Source: Leptospiraceae bacterium
Lineage (GTDB): Bacteria > Spirochaetota > Leptospiria > Leptospirales > Leptonemataceae
Direction of reading: 5' to 3'
Assembly: GCA_040217195.1 (NCBI GenBank)
Contig: JAVJNR010000005.1
Span: 128,001-192,000 of the forward strand
Length of the DNA: 64,000 bases
The notes beneath the pieces are model-generated. The model was not told the origin of the DNA. It saw only the letters and a program-made list of their open reading frames with translations, and made no database searches. Positions 50,747 through 60,590 of this stretch are shown in pieces (the stretch's first letter is position 1; every line of letters starts with the position of its first letter). The position numbers and the translations under genes were made by a program.

Positions 50747-51232
50747 TTAGCTTACTTCGGCCTGCAAAGGAAGTGCAATCTGTCCGGTTCGAGCTACTTC
50801 TAGAATTCCAAAGGGTTCCAGCATTGTCAGAAGACTATTTACCTGTCGTGGACTTCCCTGCATTTCAATTAGCATGGATTCTGGCATGATCTCCTGGATT
50901 CGACCATGAAAAACCTCTACAATTCCAAAGATCTGGGTGCGATCATCCTTGCTGCAGGAAACCCGAATCAGGATTAGCTCTCGAATCACCGAATCGTGAT
51001 ATGGCAGGGCCTTCACTTCAATGACATCGGCCAGCTTTAGAAGCTGTCCCTGAAACTGAGTCAGTACGTGATCATCCCCTCGCAGAACGATGGTAATCAC
51101 TGAAACTCCATCTTCATGGGTGACTCCCACGGCAATACTATCGATATTGTACCCTCGACGGGTAAATAGCCCGGATACATGACTCATTACGCCCGGTTTA
51201 TTTCGTACGACTATGGACAGAATATGCTTCAT
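50747..51232 (-). CDS. ilvN: Acetolactate synthase small (regulatory) subunit
   Basis: MKHILSIVVRNKPGVMSHVSGLFTRRGYNIDSI, REL.LI and EVARTG. Confidence 0.92.
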   Translation of the reverse strand: MKHILSIVVRNKPGVMSHVSGLFTRRGYNIDSIAVGVTHEDGVSVITIVLRGDDHVLTQFQGQLLKLADVIEVKALPYHDSVIRELILIRVSCSKDDRTQIFGIVEVFHGRIQEIMPESMLIEMQGSPRQVNSLLTMLEPFGILEVARTGQIALPLQAEVS

Positions 51233-51315
51233 CTATGCAGTCAGTGGCTTCCTCCATGACACCGGGTCAATTGAAAATCGGGTTACAGAGAAGGGCCCGC
51301 TGACTGTCTGGACCA

Positions 51316-53382
51316 ATGCTGCGCTGGTTATTGCTTCCTGTTCTAATTCCCATCCGATTGCTGATCTATGCCTGGTTCAAACTGAGCCTGATCTTTCTGC
51401 GCGGCAACGTGCTCTATCACTCTGTTCCAGATAAATTTACTTCTACGGTGCAGTCTGGACTGCTCTATCGGCTGATCAATCGCCAGGATATGCTCTGGTT
51501 TCACTATCTGGGATTCCTTTCCCGAATGGCCCGAGATACGAAGATACAGTGGATCATTCTTTCGGTCCCGGACCTGGAAGATCTGGACTGGTCCCAGATC
51601 GAGGAAATACGAGTCCGACTGGATGAACTGAGAAAATCTGGTAAGAGACTGGTAGGACATGCTGAAAAAGGAGGACTGAAAACGCTTTGCCTCCTTTCTT
51701 CCTGCGAACGCAGATACCTGGCCCCCGGCGCTAGCTTCATGACTGCACTGCCCTACTCAGAACCATATTTTTTCGGAAGTGCTCTGAAGCGTTTTGGGGT
51801 TCGCGTGGAGGTTCATACGGCCGGAGAATTTAAGAGCGCTGGAGAATCTGTAAGCCGGGATTCCATGAGCCCGGCCGCCCGGAAGAACCTGGAAGAACTG
51901 CTGGATGCCCGATCCGCAGCTATATTGAGCGGACTATCCATAACCGACGATGCAGATTCATCTCTTACTCGGAAATTGCACAATGCAATTCGCAACCAGG
52001 CTTTCCTGGAAGCTGAAGAACTATTCGACCATCAATTCTGTCAGGGACTCATAGCCCGGGCCAATTTTAGAGATTTATGCGAAGACCTGTTACCCTACTG
52101 GCATTCAGGACAACCTCTACCTGCGGAATCCAGTATGAATGATCCGGAACGCCTGCCAATTCTAACTCTTAGCGATGGAGTTACAGTAACAGATGCACCG
52201 GTTTCCCATTCCTTTCCTGGTAAGTCCGAAAGAACCATGGAAGATGTGGTGAAACAACTGGAAGATCAAGACGAAACTGAACACCAGATTTCCAGCGCTA
52301 CAAAAACGGATGAGTTAACCTCCCCGACGCATTTGACTGGATTGCCTGATAGTAAGAACCAGAAAAAGAAAGCCAGGAAGGAGAAGAAGGAAAACCACCA
52401 AATACAGGGTAAGCTACCGGTATTTCGTTTTCTGGAAATGGACCAGGCAGAAAAGAGGTTTCAAAGAAAGCGGTATCAACCTCTAAGACTCAAGCGGTAT
52501 CCCTCTGTAGCATTGGTGAGTTGCGAAGGAATGATTGTCTGGGGCGATGAGCAGCCCGATTCAGGTCGCATAGGCGCTTTATCCATGCGAAAGGTCTTCC
52601 ATGAACTGGAAGAGTCCAGGAATGAAGCCATTTTCCTCTATATTAACAGCCCCGGCGGACTGAGTGATGCCAGCGAAGCGCTGTATCAGGATATATACAG
52701 GCTGTCCCGGGCCAAACCGGTATTTGCCATCATAGGGCCGGTGGCTGCATCCGGCGGTTATTATATGGCCTGCGCTGCAAATCGGATATACAGTCCGGAC
52801 CTTAGCCTTACCGGTAGTGTGGGTGTACTGCGGATGCGTCCCGAACTTTCCGGATTATATCGCAAACTGGGAATTAAGAAACAAAGAGTGCGGTTTGGAC
52901 CTACAACAGATCTATTCTCAGAGACCGGAACCTTGAGCAAGAAAAGCCAGGCTCTGCTTGACGAATCCATGGACCGGGCCTACAGTTTGTTTCTGGACCG
53001 TGTTGGACGAAGTCGGGGCCTGAACCGAAAGGAAACGGATCTCCGTGGACGGGGCAAAGTCTACACTGGATCTCAGTTTAGAAAGGAAGGAATGGTGGAT
53101 CGCAAAGGCGGATTCATAGAAGCCTTCCGAGATTTTAGAAAGGAGGCAGGTTATGGTGAGCAAATGTTTGACATTCAGATCTTTCCTGTACTCCGACCGG
53201 GCCCTTCGGATTTACTTCGTCAGGGGCCATCGTTGTTTTCCGCCCGGAAAGGCAGAAGCAACGAGCTTTTCCATGGTCAGAATCTTTACATGCTTCATCC
53301 TGATCTTTCTTATTACAATCCTGGCTTTCAGCAGGAGCTTCGCAGAGTCGCCGGGGCCTTCCTCGGAGGAGAGCTCCTTTGA
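51316..53382 (+). CDS. sppA: Signal peptide peptidase SppA (S49, two-domain)
   Basis: GEFKSAGE (Lys), INSPGG, AASGGYY (Ser) and TGSVGV. Confidence 0.88.
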   Translation: MLRWLLLPVLIPIRLLIYAWFKLSLIFLRGNVLYHSVPDKFTSTVQSGLLYRLINRQDMLWFHYLGFLSRMARDTKIQWIILSVPDLEDLDWSQIEEIRVRLDELRKSGKRLVGHAEKGGLKTLCLLSSCERRYLAPGASFMTALPYSEPYFFGSALKRFGVRVEVHTAGEFKSAGESVSRDSMSPAARKNLEELLDARSAAILSGLSITDDADSSLTRKLHNAIRNQAFLEAEELFDHQFCQGLIARANFRDLCEDLLPYWHSGQPLPAESSMNDPERLPILTLSDGVTVTDAPVSHSFPGKSERTMEDVVKQLEDQDETEHQISSATKTDELTSPTHLTGLPDSKNQKKKARKEKKENHQIQGKLPVFRFLEMDQAEKRFQRKRYQPLRLKRYPSVALVSCEGMIVWGDEQPDSGRIGALSMRKVFHELEESRNEAIFLYINSPGGLSDASEALYQDIYRLSRAKPVFAIIGPVAASGGYYMACAANRIYSPDLSLTGSVGVLRMRPELSGLYRKLGIKKQRVRFGPTTDLFSETGTLSKKSQALLDESMDRAYSLFLDRVGRSRGLNRKETDLRGRGKVYTGSQFRKEGMVDRKGGFIEAFRDFRKEAGYGEQMFDIQIFPVLRPGPSDLLRQGPSLFSARKGRSNELFHGQNLYMLHPDLSYYNPGFQQELRRVAGAFLGGELL

Positions 53383-54415
53383 TTGCAAGTCCATTGCTCA
53401 AAATCTAAATCATCCGTCCAGGCTGCAGAGATTGTATGCAGCCAGAGCAGCACGCAATTGCAGGGAAGCTGTCATTGGAGATGCCCTTACAGCAATAATT
53501 CTGGGCGATTATCCTGAAGTTCAGCAAGAAGCACTAATTTCCCTGGAACCCCATCTGAATCCGGGGCATCTGTCAGCACTGATTCAGTTCGGGCTCAACC
53601 TGGATTCCACAGACGTACCGTATACCGCTCCTCTGCGAGAGTCCATGAAAGATCTTCCTCCTGCACTCTGGCAGAGAAAAGAAACTGTATTTCGCTACAT
53701 TCATATCCTGCTGGAAGGACAAACTATAAACGGTAATAACCCCGGCCCTGCAATTCAAACCACTGCCCGGGAAAGCCTTCGCCGACTCTTAAAGCAGGGA
53801 CTCTACGAAAGCCAGACTAGATCTCTTCAGGACTTTCCAGAATCCGCAGACATAGCCTGTTACAATCTGGACAGTCTTGCACTACTGAAAGAGAATCCAT
53901 CGTTCATTCTTAACTTTGTGGAATCCGAGAAGGAAAACCCCCAGCTACTGGCCTGCGGATTGCTGGCTCTTTCCAGGTACAAACTGTCCAGACAGACATC
54001 CCAATACGAACAGGCGGAAGCTCTGGCCCAATTTGCGCTTCAAGGAAATGATTTAATGAAGGAAGCCGCGCGTCAGTGGTATTCCGAACGTACAGAACTG
54101 AATTCTCTATCCCTTTTAATGAGATCGTTTCGCAATAAATTACCATTCAACCAACCGCAGGTACGTAAGCTTGCCAGGGCATTGCCTGGAATGCAGGGAA
54201 TGATCTATAAGAAGACTCCACTTTACGCAAATCCCTATTCTACCGGTCAGGTAATCCGAATTCTTTCCCACGGAGAGGCCGTGGAATTGCTCCGTCGTAG
54301 CTACGGCTATGACTCAACTCGCGACGATGGCTATTCCTATCTTGTAAAAACTTCCGATGGACTCACCGGCTGGGTTGCCGCCGAACATTTACGTACAGAA
54401 TCCAAAAAAAATTGA
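53273..54415 (+). CDS. Hypothetical exported protein, HEAT-like N-terminus and SH3-like C-terminus
   Basis: Signal peptide ending SFA; helical repeats; C-terminal VKTSDGLTGWV. Confidence 0.6.
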   Translation: MVRIFTCFILIFLITILAFSRSFAESPGPSSEESSFDCKSIAQNLNHPSRLQRLYAARAARNCREAVIGDALTAIILGDYPEVQQEALISLEPHLNPGHLSALIQFGLNLDSTDVPYTAPLRESMKDLPPALWQRKETVFRYIHILLEGQTINGNNPGPAIQTTARESLRRLLKQGLYESQTRSLQDFPESADIACYNLDSLALLKENPSFILNFVESEKENPQLLACGLLALSRYKLSRQTSQYEQAEALAQFALQGNDLMKEAARQWYSERTELNSLSLLMRSFRNKLPFNQPQVRKLARALPGMQGMIYKKTPLYANPYSTGQVIRILSHGEAVELLRRSYGYDSTRDDGYSYLVKTSDGLTGWVAAEHLRTESKKN

Positions 54416-54469
54416 TCTAGATTGACACGGCAGTGCTGACCAGTCATTCGGACTGTAACCTACCCGATT

Positions 54470-55819
54470 ATGAACCAATACAAGATTAAAAAAGGCTACG
54501 ACCTTCCCATAAAAGGCCAGGCAGAGAAATCCATCCTGGGAACATCCGAGCCGTCGCATCTTCACGTTCATCCTACACATTTTGCGGGCATCAAGCCTCG
54601 CATGCTTCTGAAGAAAGGGGATGCAGTGAAGCGAGGCACTCCACTGTTTCATGACAAAAAGCATCCGGAAAGGGTATTTGTTTCTCCCGGTGCCGGTATA
54701 ATAGAAGACATTGTACTCGGCGAAAGGCGTGCCCTGGACAAAGTATCCATCAAACTCAGTGGCGATGAAGTAGAGCAATTCCGGGCCTATAAAAAGGAAG
54801 AAGTGTCCGGTATCAATCGCGAAGACCTGATCGATCATTTACTCAAAGGCGGTCTATGGCCACAAATTCGGCAACGCCCGTTCAGCCGAGTCGCCAATCC
54901 AGAAATAACTCCGTCTTCCATATTTGTGAATTGTATAGATACAGCTCCTCTGGCCGCGGATCCGGAGTTTAACCTGCAGGGAAAGACCATTGAGTTTCAA
55001 ACTGGAATTGAAGCCCTTAAAGTGCTCTGTCCTACCGTTCATGTTGTAGTAGGAGCCGGAAACAACAGCTCCGATTTTCTCAGAGTGGATGGAGTACAGA
55101 AGCATAGCTTTGCAGGAAAGCATCCAGCTGGACTGACCAGTACTCATATTCAAAAAATTGATCCAATCGTCCCTGGAAAACATGTCTGGTATCTGAATGC
55201 CAGAGACGTGGCCGATATCGGAGACTACCTTCTGGTAGGTCAGTACCCGGTGGAAAGAGTGGTTGCTCTGGCCGGACCAGGTGCAACAAAGACCGGTTAC
55301 GTAAAGACACGCAAAGGTGCCCCCCTGGCACAGATCGCATCGGTGGGTGGTACTCAGGAAAGCGTACGATTGATCTCCGGAAATGTACTGATAGGTAACG
55401 GCGGAAATGCTGACGATGGACTGGGTCTTTACGATGATCTAGTAACTGTAGTGGCGGAAGGAGGCGAGGAACGATTCCTGGGATGGCTTATTCCTGGATT
55501 TTCTCGCCCCACTTATAGCCGGGCCTATATGGCTGGATTTCTTCCTGGACGAAGATTGTCCATGGATACTTCAATGAATGGCGAAGAACGCGCCTTTGTA
55601 AAGACTGGCGACTACGAGAAGGTAATGGGCGTGGATATTCTGCCAGACTATCTCACCAAGGCCATCCTTATTGAAGATGTGGAACGTATGGAAAAGCTGG
55701 GTATTCTGGAAGTGGATCCGGAAGACTTTGCACTGTGCGCTTACATTTGTCCTTCCAAGATTGAATTCTGCGATATCATATCTCGTGGCATCGACATGAT
55801 GGAAGCGGAGATGGTTTAA
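54470..55819 (+). CDS. nqrA: Na+-translocating NADH:quinone reductase subunit A
   Basis: IKKGYDLPI.G, DTAPLA, HPAG and EDFALCAYICPSK. Confidence 0.95.
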   Translation: MNQYKIKKGYDLPIKGQAEKSILGTSEPSHLHVHPTHFAGIKPRMLLKKGDAVKRGTPLFHDKKHPERVFVSPGAGIIEDIVLGERRALDKVSIKLSGDEVEQFRAYKKEEVSGINREDLIDHLLKGGLWPQIRQRPFSRVANPEITPSSIFVNCIDTAPLAADPEFNLQGKTIEFQTGIEALKVLCPTVHVVVGAGNNSSDFLRVDGVQKHSFAGKHPAGLTSTHIQKIDPIVPGKHVWYLNARDVADIGDYLLVGQYPVERVVALAGPGATKTGYVKTRKGAPLAQIASVGGTQESVRLISGNVLIGNGGNADDGLGLYDDLVTVVAEGGEERFLGWLIPGFSRPTYSRAYMAGFLPGRRLSMDTSMNGEERAFVKTGDYEKVMGVDILPDYLTKAILIEDVERMEKLGILEVDPEDFALCAYICPSKIEFCDIISRGIDMMEAEMV

Positions 55820-55848
55820 CACCGTTCGCTACTGGAGAGAGAATTACT

Positions 55849-57102
55849 GTGAAGTTTCTACTAAAACAAATTCATAAGCATGATCATCTGTTTCAGAAAG
55901 GTGGTAAGCTGGAGCGACTGTATCCTGTATGGGAAGCTCAGAATACCTTTCTATTTACGCCGCCATTAAAGACAAAGAACGGCCCCCATGTTAGGGATTC
56001 CATCGATCTAAAACGATTGATGATTACTGTGGTAGTGGCTCTGGTTCCAGCTACCCTGTTTGGAATCTATAATGCCGGCTACCAGCAGCTTCTGGCCATC
56101 GGTCAGGTTCCTCTGGATATGTCTGTAGGCGCTCTTGGCATGGATCAGCATCTAAACATAATGCTCCATGGCGCCGCTCTGGTACTTCCCATCGTTCTGG
56201 TCAGCTATGCCGTGGGCGGTATCTGGGAAGCAGTATTCAGTGTTGTCCGAAAGGAACCAATTAGCGAAGGCTTTCTGGTAACTGGTTTACTGTTTCCTCT
56301 GACACTGCCAGCGACTATCCCTCTTTGGCAGGTAGCCATCGGCATTTCCTTTGGAGTGGTAATCGGCAAAGAGATCTTTGGCGGCACCGGAATGAACATC
56401 CTGAACCCGGCTCTGACAGCCCGTGTATTTTTGTTTTTCTCCTTTCCTACAGACATTTCAGGTGAAGAGCCCTGGATCGCGTTGAATAATCCTCTGCTGG
56501 GCGCAGCCGGGGATTCCGCCATAGATGGTTTCTCTGGTGCCACCGCTCTGCTAATCGCCGCTGCACCGGATGTTACAAACCCCATCCAGGCACTTAGCAA
56601 TTTTGGTTATTCCGGAGCGAATTTCGGTCTGGAAAATATGTTTCTGGGATTTATTCCAGGTAGTATTGGTGAAACCTCTACCCTGGCCTGCTTGATTGGA
56701 GCGGCCATCCTGATTATGACTGGAGTTGGTAGCTGGCAAATAATGGTCAGCACCATTGCTGGCGCGGTGGGCATGGCACTCTTCTTGAACCAGTTCGCCG
56801 GACCGGATCTGCCATCCATGCTTGCATTGCCGCCCCAGTATCACCTGGTAATGGGTGGATTCATGTTTGGTACAGTCTTCATGGCAACCGACCCGGTAAG
56901 CGCGGCCCAAACCAATACCGGCAAATACATCTACGGCCTTCTGATCGGAATTCTGTGCGTATTGATTCGTGTATGGAACCCCGCCTATCCAGAGGGGATG
57001 ATGCTTGCTATTCTATTTATGAACATCTTCGCACCGCTGATTGACCATTACGTTGTAGAAGGCAATATCAAAAGGAGGCTCCAACGTGCGGAAGCAAAGT
57101 AA
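55849..57102 (+). CDS. nqrB: Na+-NQR subunit B
   Basis: HVRDSIDLKR, KEIFGGTG.N.LNPAL, FMN site DGFSGAT, MATDPVS and YPEGMMLAIL. Confidence 0.97.
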   Translation: MKFLLKQIHKHDHLFQKGGKLERLYPVWEAQNTFLFTPPLKTKNGPHVRDSIDLKRLMITVVVALVPATLFGIYNAGYQQLLAIGQVPLDMSVGALGMDQHLNIMLHGAALVLPIVLVSYAVGGIWEAVFSVVRKEPISEGFLVTGLLFPLTLPATIPLWQVAIGISFGVVIGKEIFGGTGMNILNPALTARVFLFFSFPTDISGEEPWIALNNPLLGAAGDSAIDGFSGATALLIAAAPDVTNPIQALSNFGYSGANFGLENMFLGFIPGSIGETSTLACLIGAAILIMTGVGSWQIMVSTIAGAVGMALFLNQFAGPDLPSMLALPPQYHLVMGGFMFGTVFMATDPVSAAQTNTGKYIYGLLIGILCVLIRVWNPAYPEGMMLAILFMNIFAPLIDHYVVEGNIKRRLQRAEAK

Positions 57103-57949
57103 TCTATATATTTTCGGATTTGCCATCGCAGTTTGTCTCTTCGCCAGTGTCGTTCTGGCCGTTGCCTCCACTGCACTGAAGCCAGCACAAACCCAGCAGG
57201 TGCGTCTGGATATTATTCACAACATCCTGAGCGTGGCAGGTTACACAGAGGATGAATTGAAAGGTAAATCGCCTGCAGAAATCATTGAACTGTATGAGAA
57301 AAAATTCGAAGTTTCTCTCATCGATAAGAACAATGAACCAGTTCAGCGTTCCGAAATGGAAGAGGAACTGAAGACTCTGGGCTACAAAGAAGCAGAGCTG
57401 GCTGAAAAAAAGACCTTTGAATTGCTGGAAGTATATAACAGCAAATTAAAACTCCTGGCCAAACGTGCCGGTAAGACCAGAGAAGAGTATGATCGGGGTA
57501 TCAAGGTAGTCTATCTATACAAACCAGAGGGCGAAATCAAATACTACATTATTCCAATTGAGGGAAACGGCCTCTGGGGCATGATGTACGGGTACATTGC
57601 ACTCAAAACCGATTTGAACACAGTAGCCGGTATCCGGTTCTATAAGCATATTGAAACGCCGGGACTGGGAGCCGAACTTGCCAAACCGGACCACAACGAG
57701 AAATGGATCGGCAAAAAGATTCTGGATGAGGATGGAAGCCTGGTTTCCGTAAAGGTAGCCAAGGGTAATGCCGAGCAAACTCATCCCCAGGAACTGGAAC
57801 ACTACGTAGATGGCATTAGCGGCGCCACTCTAACAGGTAAAGGCATCAATGAGTTTCTTAAAGAAGATCTGGAAACCTATGAGCCTTACTTCAAGACCAG
57901 AAGGCAGACGGAAGAAGAAGCACAGCAACCGGCAGGAGAAGTAGAATGA
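57086..57949 (+). CDS. nqrC: Na+-NQR subunit C
   Basis: GLWG, ETPGLG and FMN site VDGISGATLT. Confidence 0.95.
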   Translation: MRKQSNLYIFGFAIAVCLFASVVLAVASTALKPAQTQQVRLDIIHNILSVAGYTEDELKGKSPAEIIELYEKKFEVSLIDKNNEPVQRSEMEEELKTLGYKEAELAEKKTFELLEVYNSKLKLLAKRAGKTREEYDRGIKVVYLYKPEGEIKYYIIPIEGNGLWGMMYGYIALKTDLNTVAGIRFYKHIETPGLGAELAKPDHNEKWIGKKILDEDGSLVSVKVAKGNAEQTHPQELEHYVDGISGATLTGKGINEFLKEDLETYEPYFKTRRQTEEEAQQPAGEVE

Positions 57950-58626
57950 GCTCAGCAACAGAAACCCAGACAGTAGCTCCCGCCAGACCCAAACAGCCAT
58001 TGTTCGGGAAAAAAGAGCGGGAAGCGATAAAAGATCCACTCTGGGACAACAACCCCATTACCATTCAGGTTCTGGGTATTTGTTCCGCGCTGGCCGTAAC
58101 AACTCAGATGGAAGCATCCCTGGTAATGGGACTTTCTGTTGTCGCAGTTTTGACTTCGTCCAACCTGATTGTTTCGCTTCTACGAAACATGATTCCTTCG
58201 AAGATTCGAATTATTGTTCAGCTCGCTGTAGTTGCCAGTCTTGTGATTCTGGTAGATCAAATCCTGAAAGCTTACATGTTCCAGATGAGCAAGCAGCTCT
58301 CTGTATTCGTGGGACTGATCATTACAAACTGCATTATTCTGGGACGTGCGGAAGGATTCGCTATGTCCAACAAACCAGTGCCTGCCATACTCGACGGTCT
58401 GGGCAATGCCTTCGGCTATGCTGCCATATTGTTAATGGTGGCCCTCTTTCGTGAGGTGCTGGGTAACGGTAGCTTCTTTGGATTAAAGGTGATCCCTGAG
58501 GCTCTCTATGACCTGGGCTATAAGAACATAGGTCTGATGATTCTACCTCCGGGTGCATTTTTGATACTTGGTCTTTTGATCTGGGTTCAAAGAAGCGTAT
58601 CCGGAAAATATGAGGCCAATCGATAG
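57946..58626 (+). CDS. nqrD: Na+-NQR subunit D
   Basis: NNPITIQVLGICSALAVT and VFVGLIITNCI. Confidence 0.97.
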   Translation: MSSATETQTVAPARPKQPLFGKKEREAIKDPLWDNNPITIQVLGICSALAVTTQMEASLVMGLSVVAVLTSSNLIVSLLRNMIPSKIRIIVQLAVVASLVILVDQILKAYMFQMSKQLSVFVGLIITNCIILGRAEGFAMSNKPVPAILDGLGNAFGYAAILLMVALFREVLGNGSFFGLKVIPEALYDLGYKNIGLMILPPGAFLILGLLIWVQRSVSGKYEANR

Positions 58627-58635
58627 GAGAGCACC

Positions 58636-59244
58636 ATGGCAGAACTAATTAGCATTGCAACAAAAGCGATTTTCGTAGAGAACATCCTGCTGGCCTACTT
58701 CCTGGGTATGTGCTCCTTTCTGGCTGTATCCAAAAAGGTTTCCACGGCTGTAGGTCTGGGATTCGCAGTCGTATTCGTAAATGGAATTACAGCTCCCATT
58801 AACTGGCTTATCAATGAATATATGCTGGCCGATGGTGCTCTTGCCTGGGCTGGACTTCCCACCATTGATCTGAGCTTTCTTCAGTTCATTCTATACATTT
58901 CTACCATTGCAGCTCTGGTGCAACTTGTGGAAATGATCATCGATAAAGTGTCTCCCACTCTCTATGCGAACCTGGGGATCTTTCTGCCACTAATCGCTGT
59001 GAACTGTGCCATTCTGGGAACCTCTCTCTTTATGGGGACCAAAGGCTACGGTTTTGTGGAAAGTACGGTCTTTGGCTTCTCCAGTGGAATCGGTTGGATG
59101 CTGGCCATTGTTGCCATGGCAGCCATTAGAACCAAGATTCAATACTCCAACGTTCCCCATGGACTGAGAGGACTGGGTATGACTATGATTCTCACCGGAC
59201 TGATGGCCATTGGCTTCATGTGCTTCGTGGGAATCAACCTCTGA
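58636..59244 (+). CDS. nqrE: Na+-NQR subunit E
   Basis: [12 protein letters not shown] and [14 protein letters not shown]. Confidence 0.97.
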   Translation: MAELISIATKAIFVENILLAYFLGMCSFLAVSKKVSTAVGLGFAVVFVNGITAPINWLINEYMLADGALAWAGLPTIDLSFLQFILYISTIAALVQLVEMIIDKVSPTLYANLGIFLPLIAVNCAILGTSLFMGTKGYGFVESTVFGFSSGIGWMLAIVAMAAIRTKIQYSNVPHGLRGLGMTMILTGLMAIGFMCFVGINL

Positions 59245-59262
59245 TAGGGTACGGATTTAAGC

Positions 59263-60495
59263 ATGGAAAACTTACTTATTATTGGATTAAGTGCTTCGGT
59301 TTTTACAGCCGTAATCATTGGGCTGGTTGCTATCATTACCGTTCTGGAACGTAAACTGGTAGCCCAGGGAAATGTACGTATCAACATCAATGACAATGAA
59401 GAAAAAAGCATCGATGTTGCGGCCGGAAGCAATCTGCTGAGCGCACTTAGCGAAGCAGGTATTTTTCTGCCATCAGCCTGTGGTGGCGGTGGAACCTGCG
59501 CCATGTGTAGATGTCAGATTACAGACGGTGGTGGAGATATACTTCCCACAGAAGAAGGTCATTTTTCCAGAAAGGAAATCAAGGAGCAATGGCGTCTGTC
59601 CTGCCAGGTTAAAGTAAAGAATGATATGAAGATCCATGTACCGGATGAGATCTTTAGCATTCAGAAGTTTAAAACTAAAGTACGCTCCAACGAAAATGTG
59701 GCCACGTTCATTAAAGAGCTGGTGCTGGAAATTGAGCCTGGCTCTGAAATGGATTTTGATGCCGGCGGTTATATTCAGATCTACATTCCACCATATCACG
59801 TGAACTTTAAACAGTTTGAGGTGGAAAAGGAATACCACGAGGACTGGGACAAATTCAACCTCTGGCGCTACAATGCATCCAACGATGAAGAAATCTTTCG
59901 TGCCTATTCCATGGCCAACCATCCGGCAGAAGGTAACATCGTAATGCTAAATGTGCGAATTGCAACTCCTCCGCCCAATAAGGATGTACCTCCTGGAATT
60001 GCATCCAGCTATATCTTCAATCTGAAGGCCGGCGATGAGGTGGATGTTAGCGGTCCTTATGGAGAATTCTTTATCAAGGATACCGACAGAGAGATGGTGT
60101 ACATCGGTGGTGGTGCCGGTATGGCTCCACTGAGAAGCCATATTTTCCACCTTTTCCATACACTGAAAACTGGACGAAAAGTGTCCTACTGGTATGGAGC
60201 GAGAAGCCTTCGCGAAGTATTCTATGAAGAACATTTCCGTAAGATAGAAAAGGAGTTCCCCAATTTCTCCTTTCATCTAGCCCTTTCGGACCCTCTTCCA
60301 GAAGACAAATGGGAAGGTCCCACAGGATTCATTCATGAAGTGGTACTCAATGAGTATCTGGATAAACATGAAGATCCCAGCGAAATCGAGTATTATCTAT
60401 GTGGTCCTCCTTTAATGCTCTCTGCAGTACAGAAAATGCTGTACGATCTGGGAGTGGAAAAGGAAATGATTGCATTCGATGATTTCGGAAGTTAA
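59263..60495 (+). CDS. nqrF: Na+-NQR subunit F
   Basis: [2Fe-2S] [36 protein letters not shown] and DDFG. Confidence 0.97.
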   Translation: MENLLIIGLSASVFTAVIIGLVAIITVLERKLVAQGNVRININDNEEKSIDVAAGSNLLSALSEAGIFLPSACGGGGTCAMCRCQITDGGGDILPTEEGHFSRKEIKEQWRLSCQVKVKNDMKIHVPDEIFSIQKFKTKVRSNENVATFIKELVLEIEPGSEMDFDAGGYIQIYIPPYHVNFKQFEVEKEYHEDWDKFNLWRYNASNDEEIFRAYSMANHPAEGNIVMLNVRIATPPPNKDVPPGIASSYIFNLKAGDEVDVSGPYGEFFIKDTDREMVYIGGGAGMAPLRSHIFHLFHTLKTGRKVSYWYGARSLREVFYEEHFRKIEKEFPNFSFHLALSDPLPEDKWEGPTGFIHEVVLNEYLDKHEDPSEIEYYLCGPPLMLSAVQKMLYDLGVEKEMIAFDDFGS

Positions 60496-60521
60496 TTGAT
60501 CCGCTGGTCCCCAGGGACTGG

Positions 60522-60556
60522 AAAAAAGCCGAAGGACTTCCTTCGGCTTTTTTTTT
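60522..60556. terminator. Bidirectional intrinsic terminator after nqrF
   Basis: AAAAAAGCCGAAGG-ACTT-CCTTCGGCTTTTTTTTT. Confidence 0.88.
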
Positions 60557-60590
60557 GCGAAAGGAACTACTTACAGGCAGGAAACTGGAT

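Noticed and set aside
54422..54461. nqr promoter from TTGACA at 54422
   Set aside because: No acceptable -10 at 16-18 bp spacing
54470..60495. Rnf complex instead of NQR
   Set aside because: Gene order and an NqrF with FAD/NADH domains, plus the lack of RnfB/RnfC ferredoxin motifs, indicate NQR
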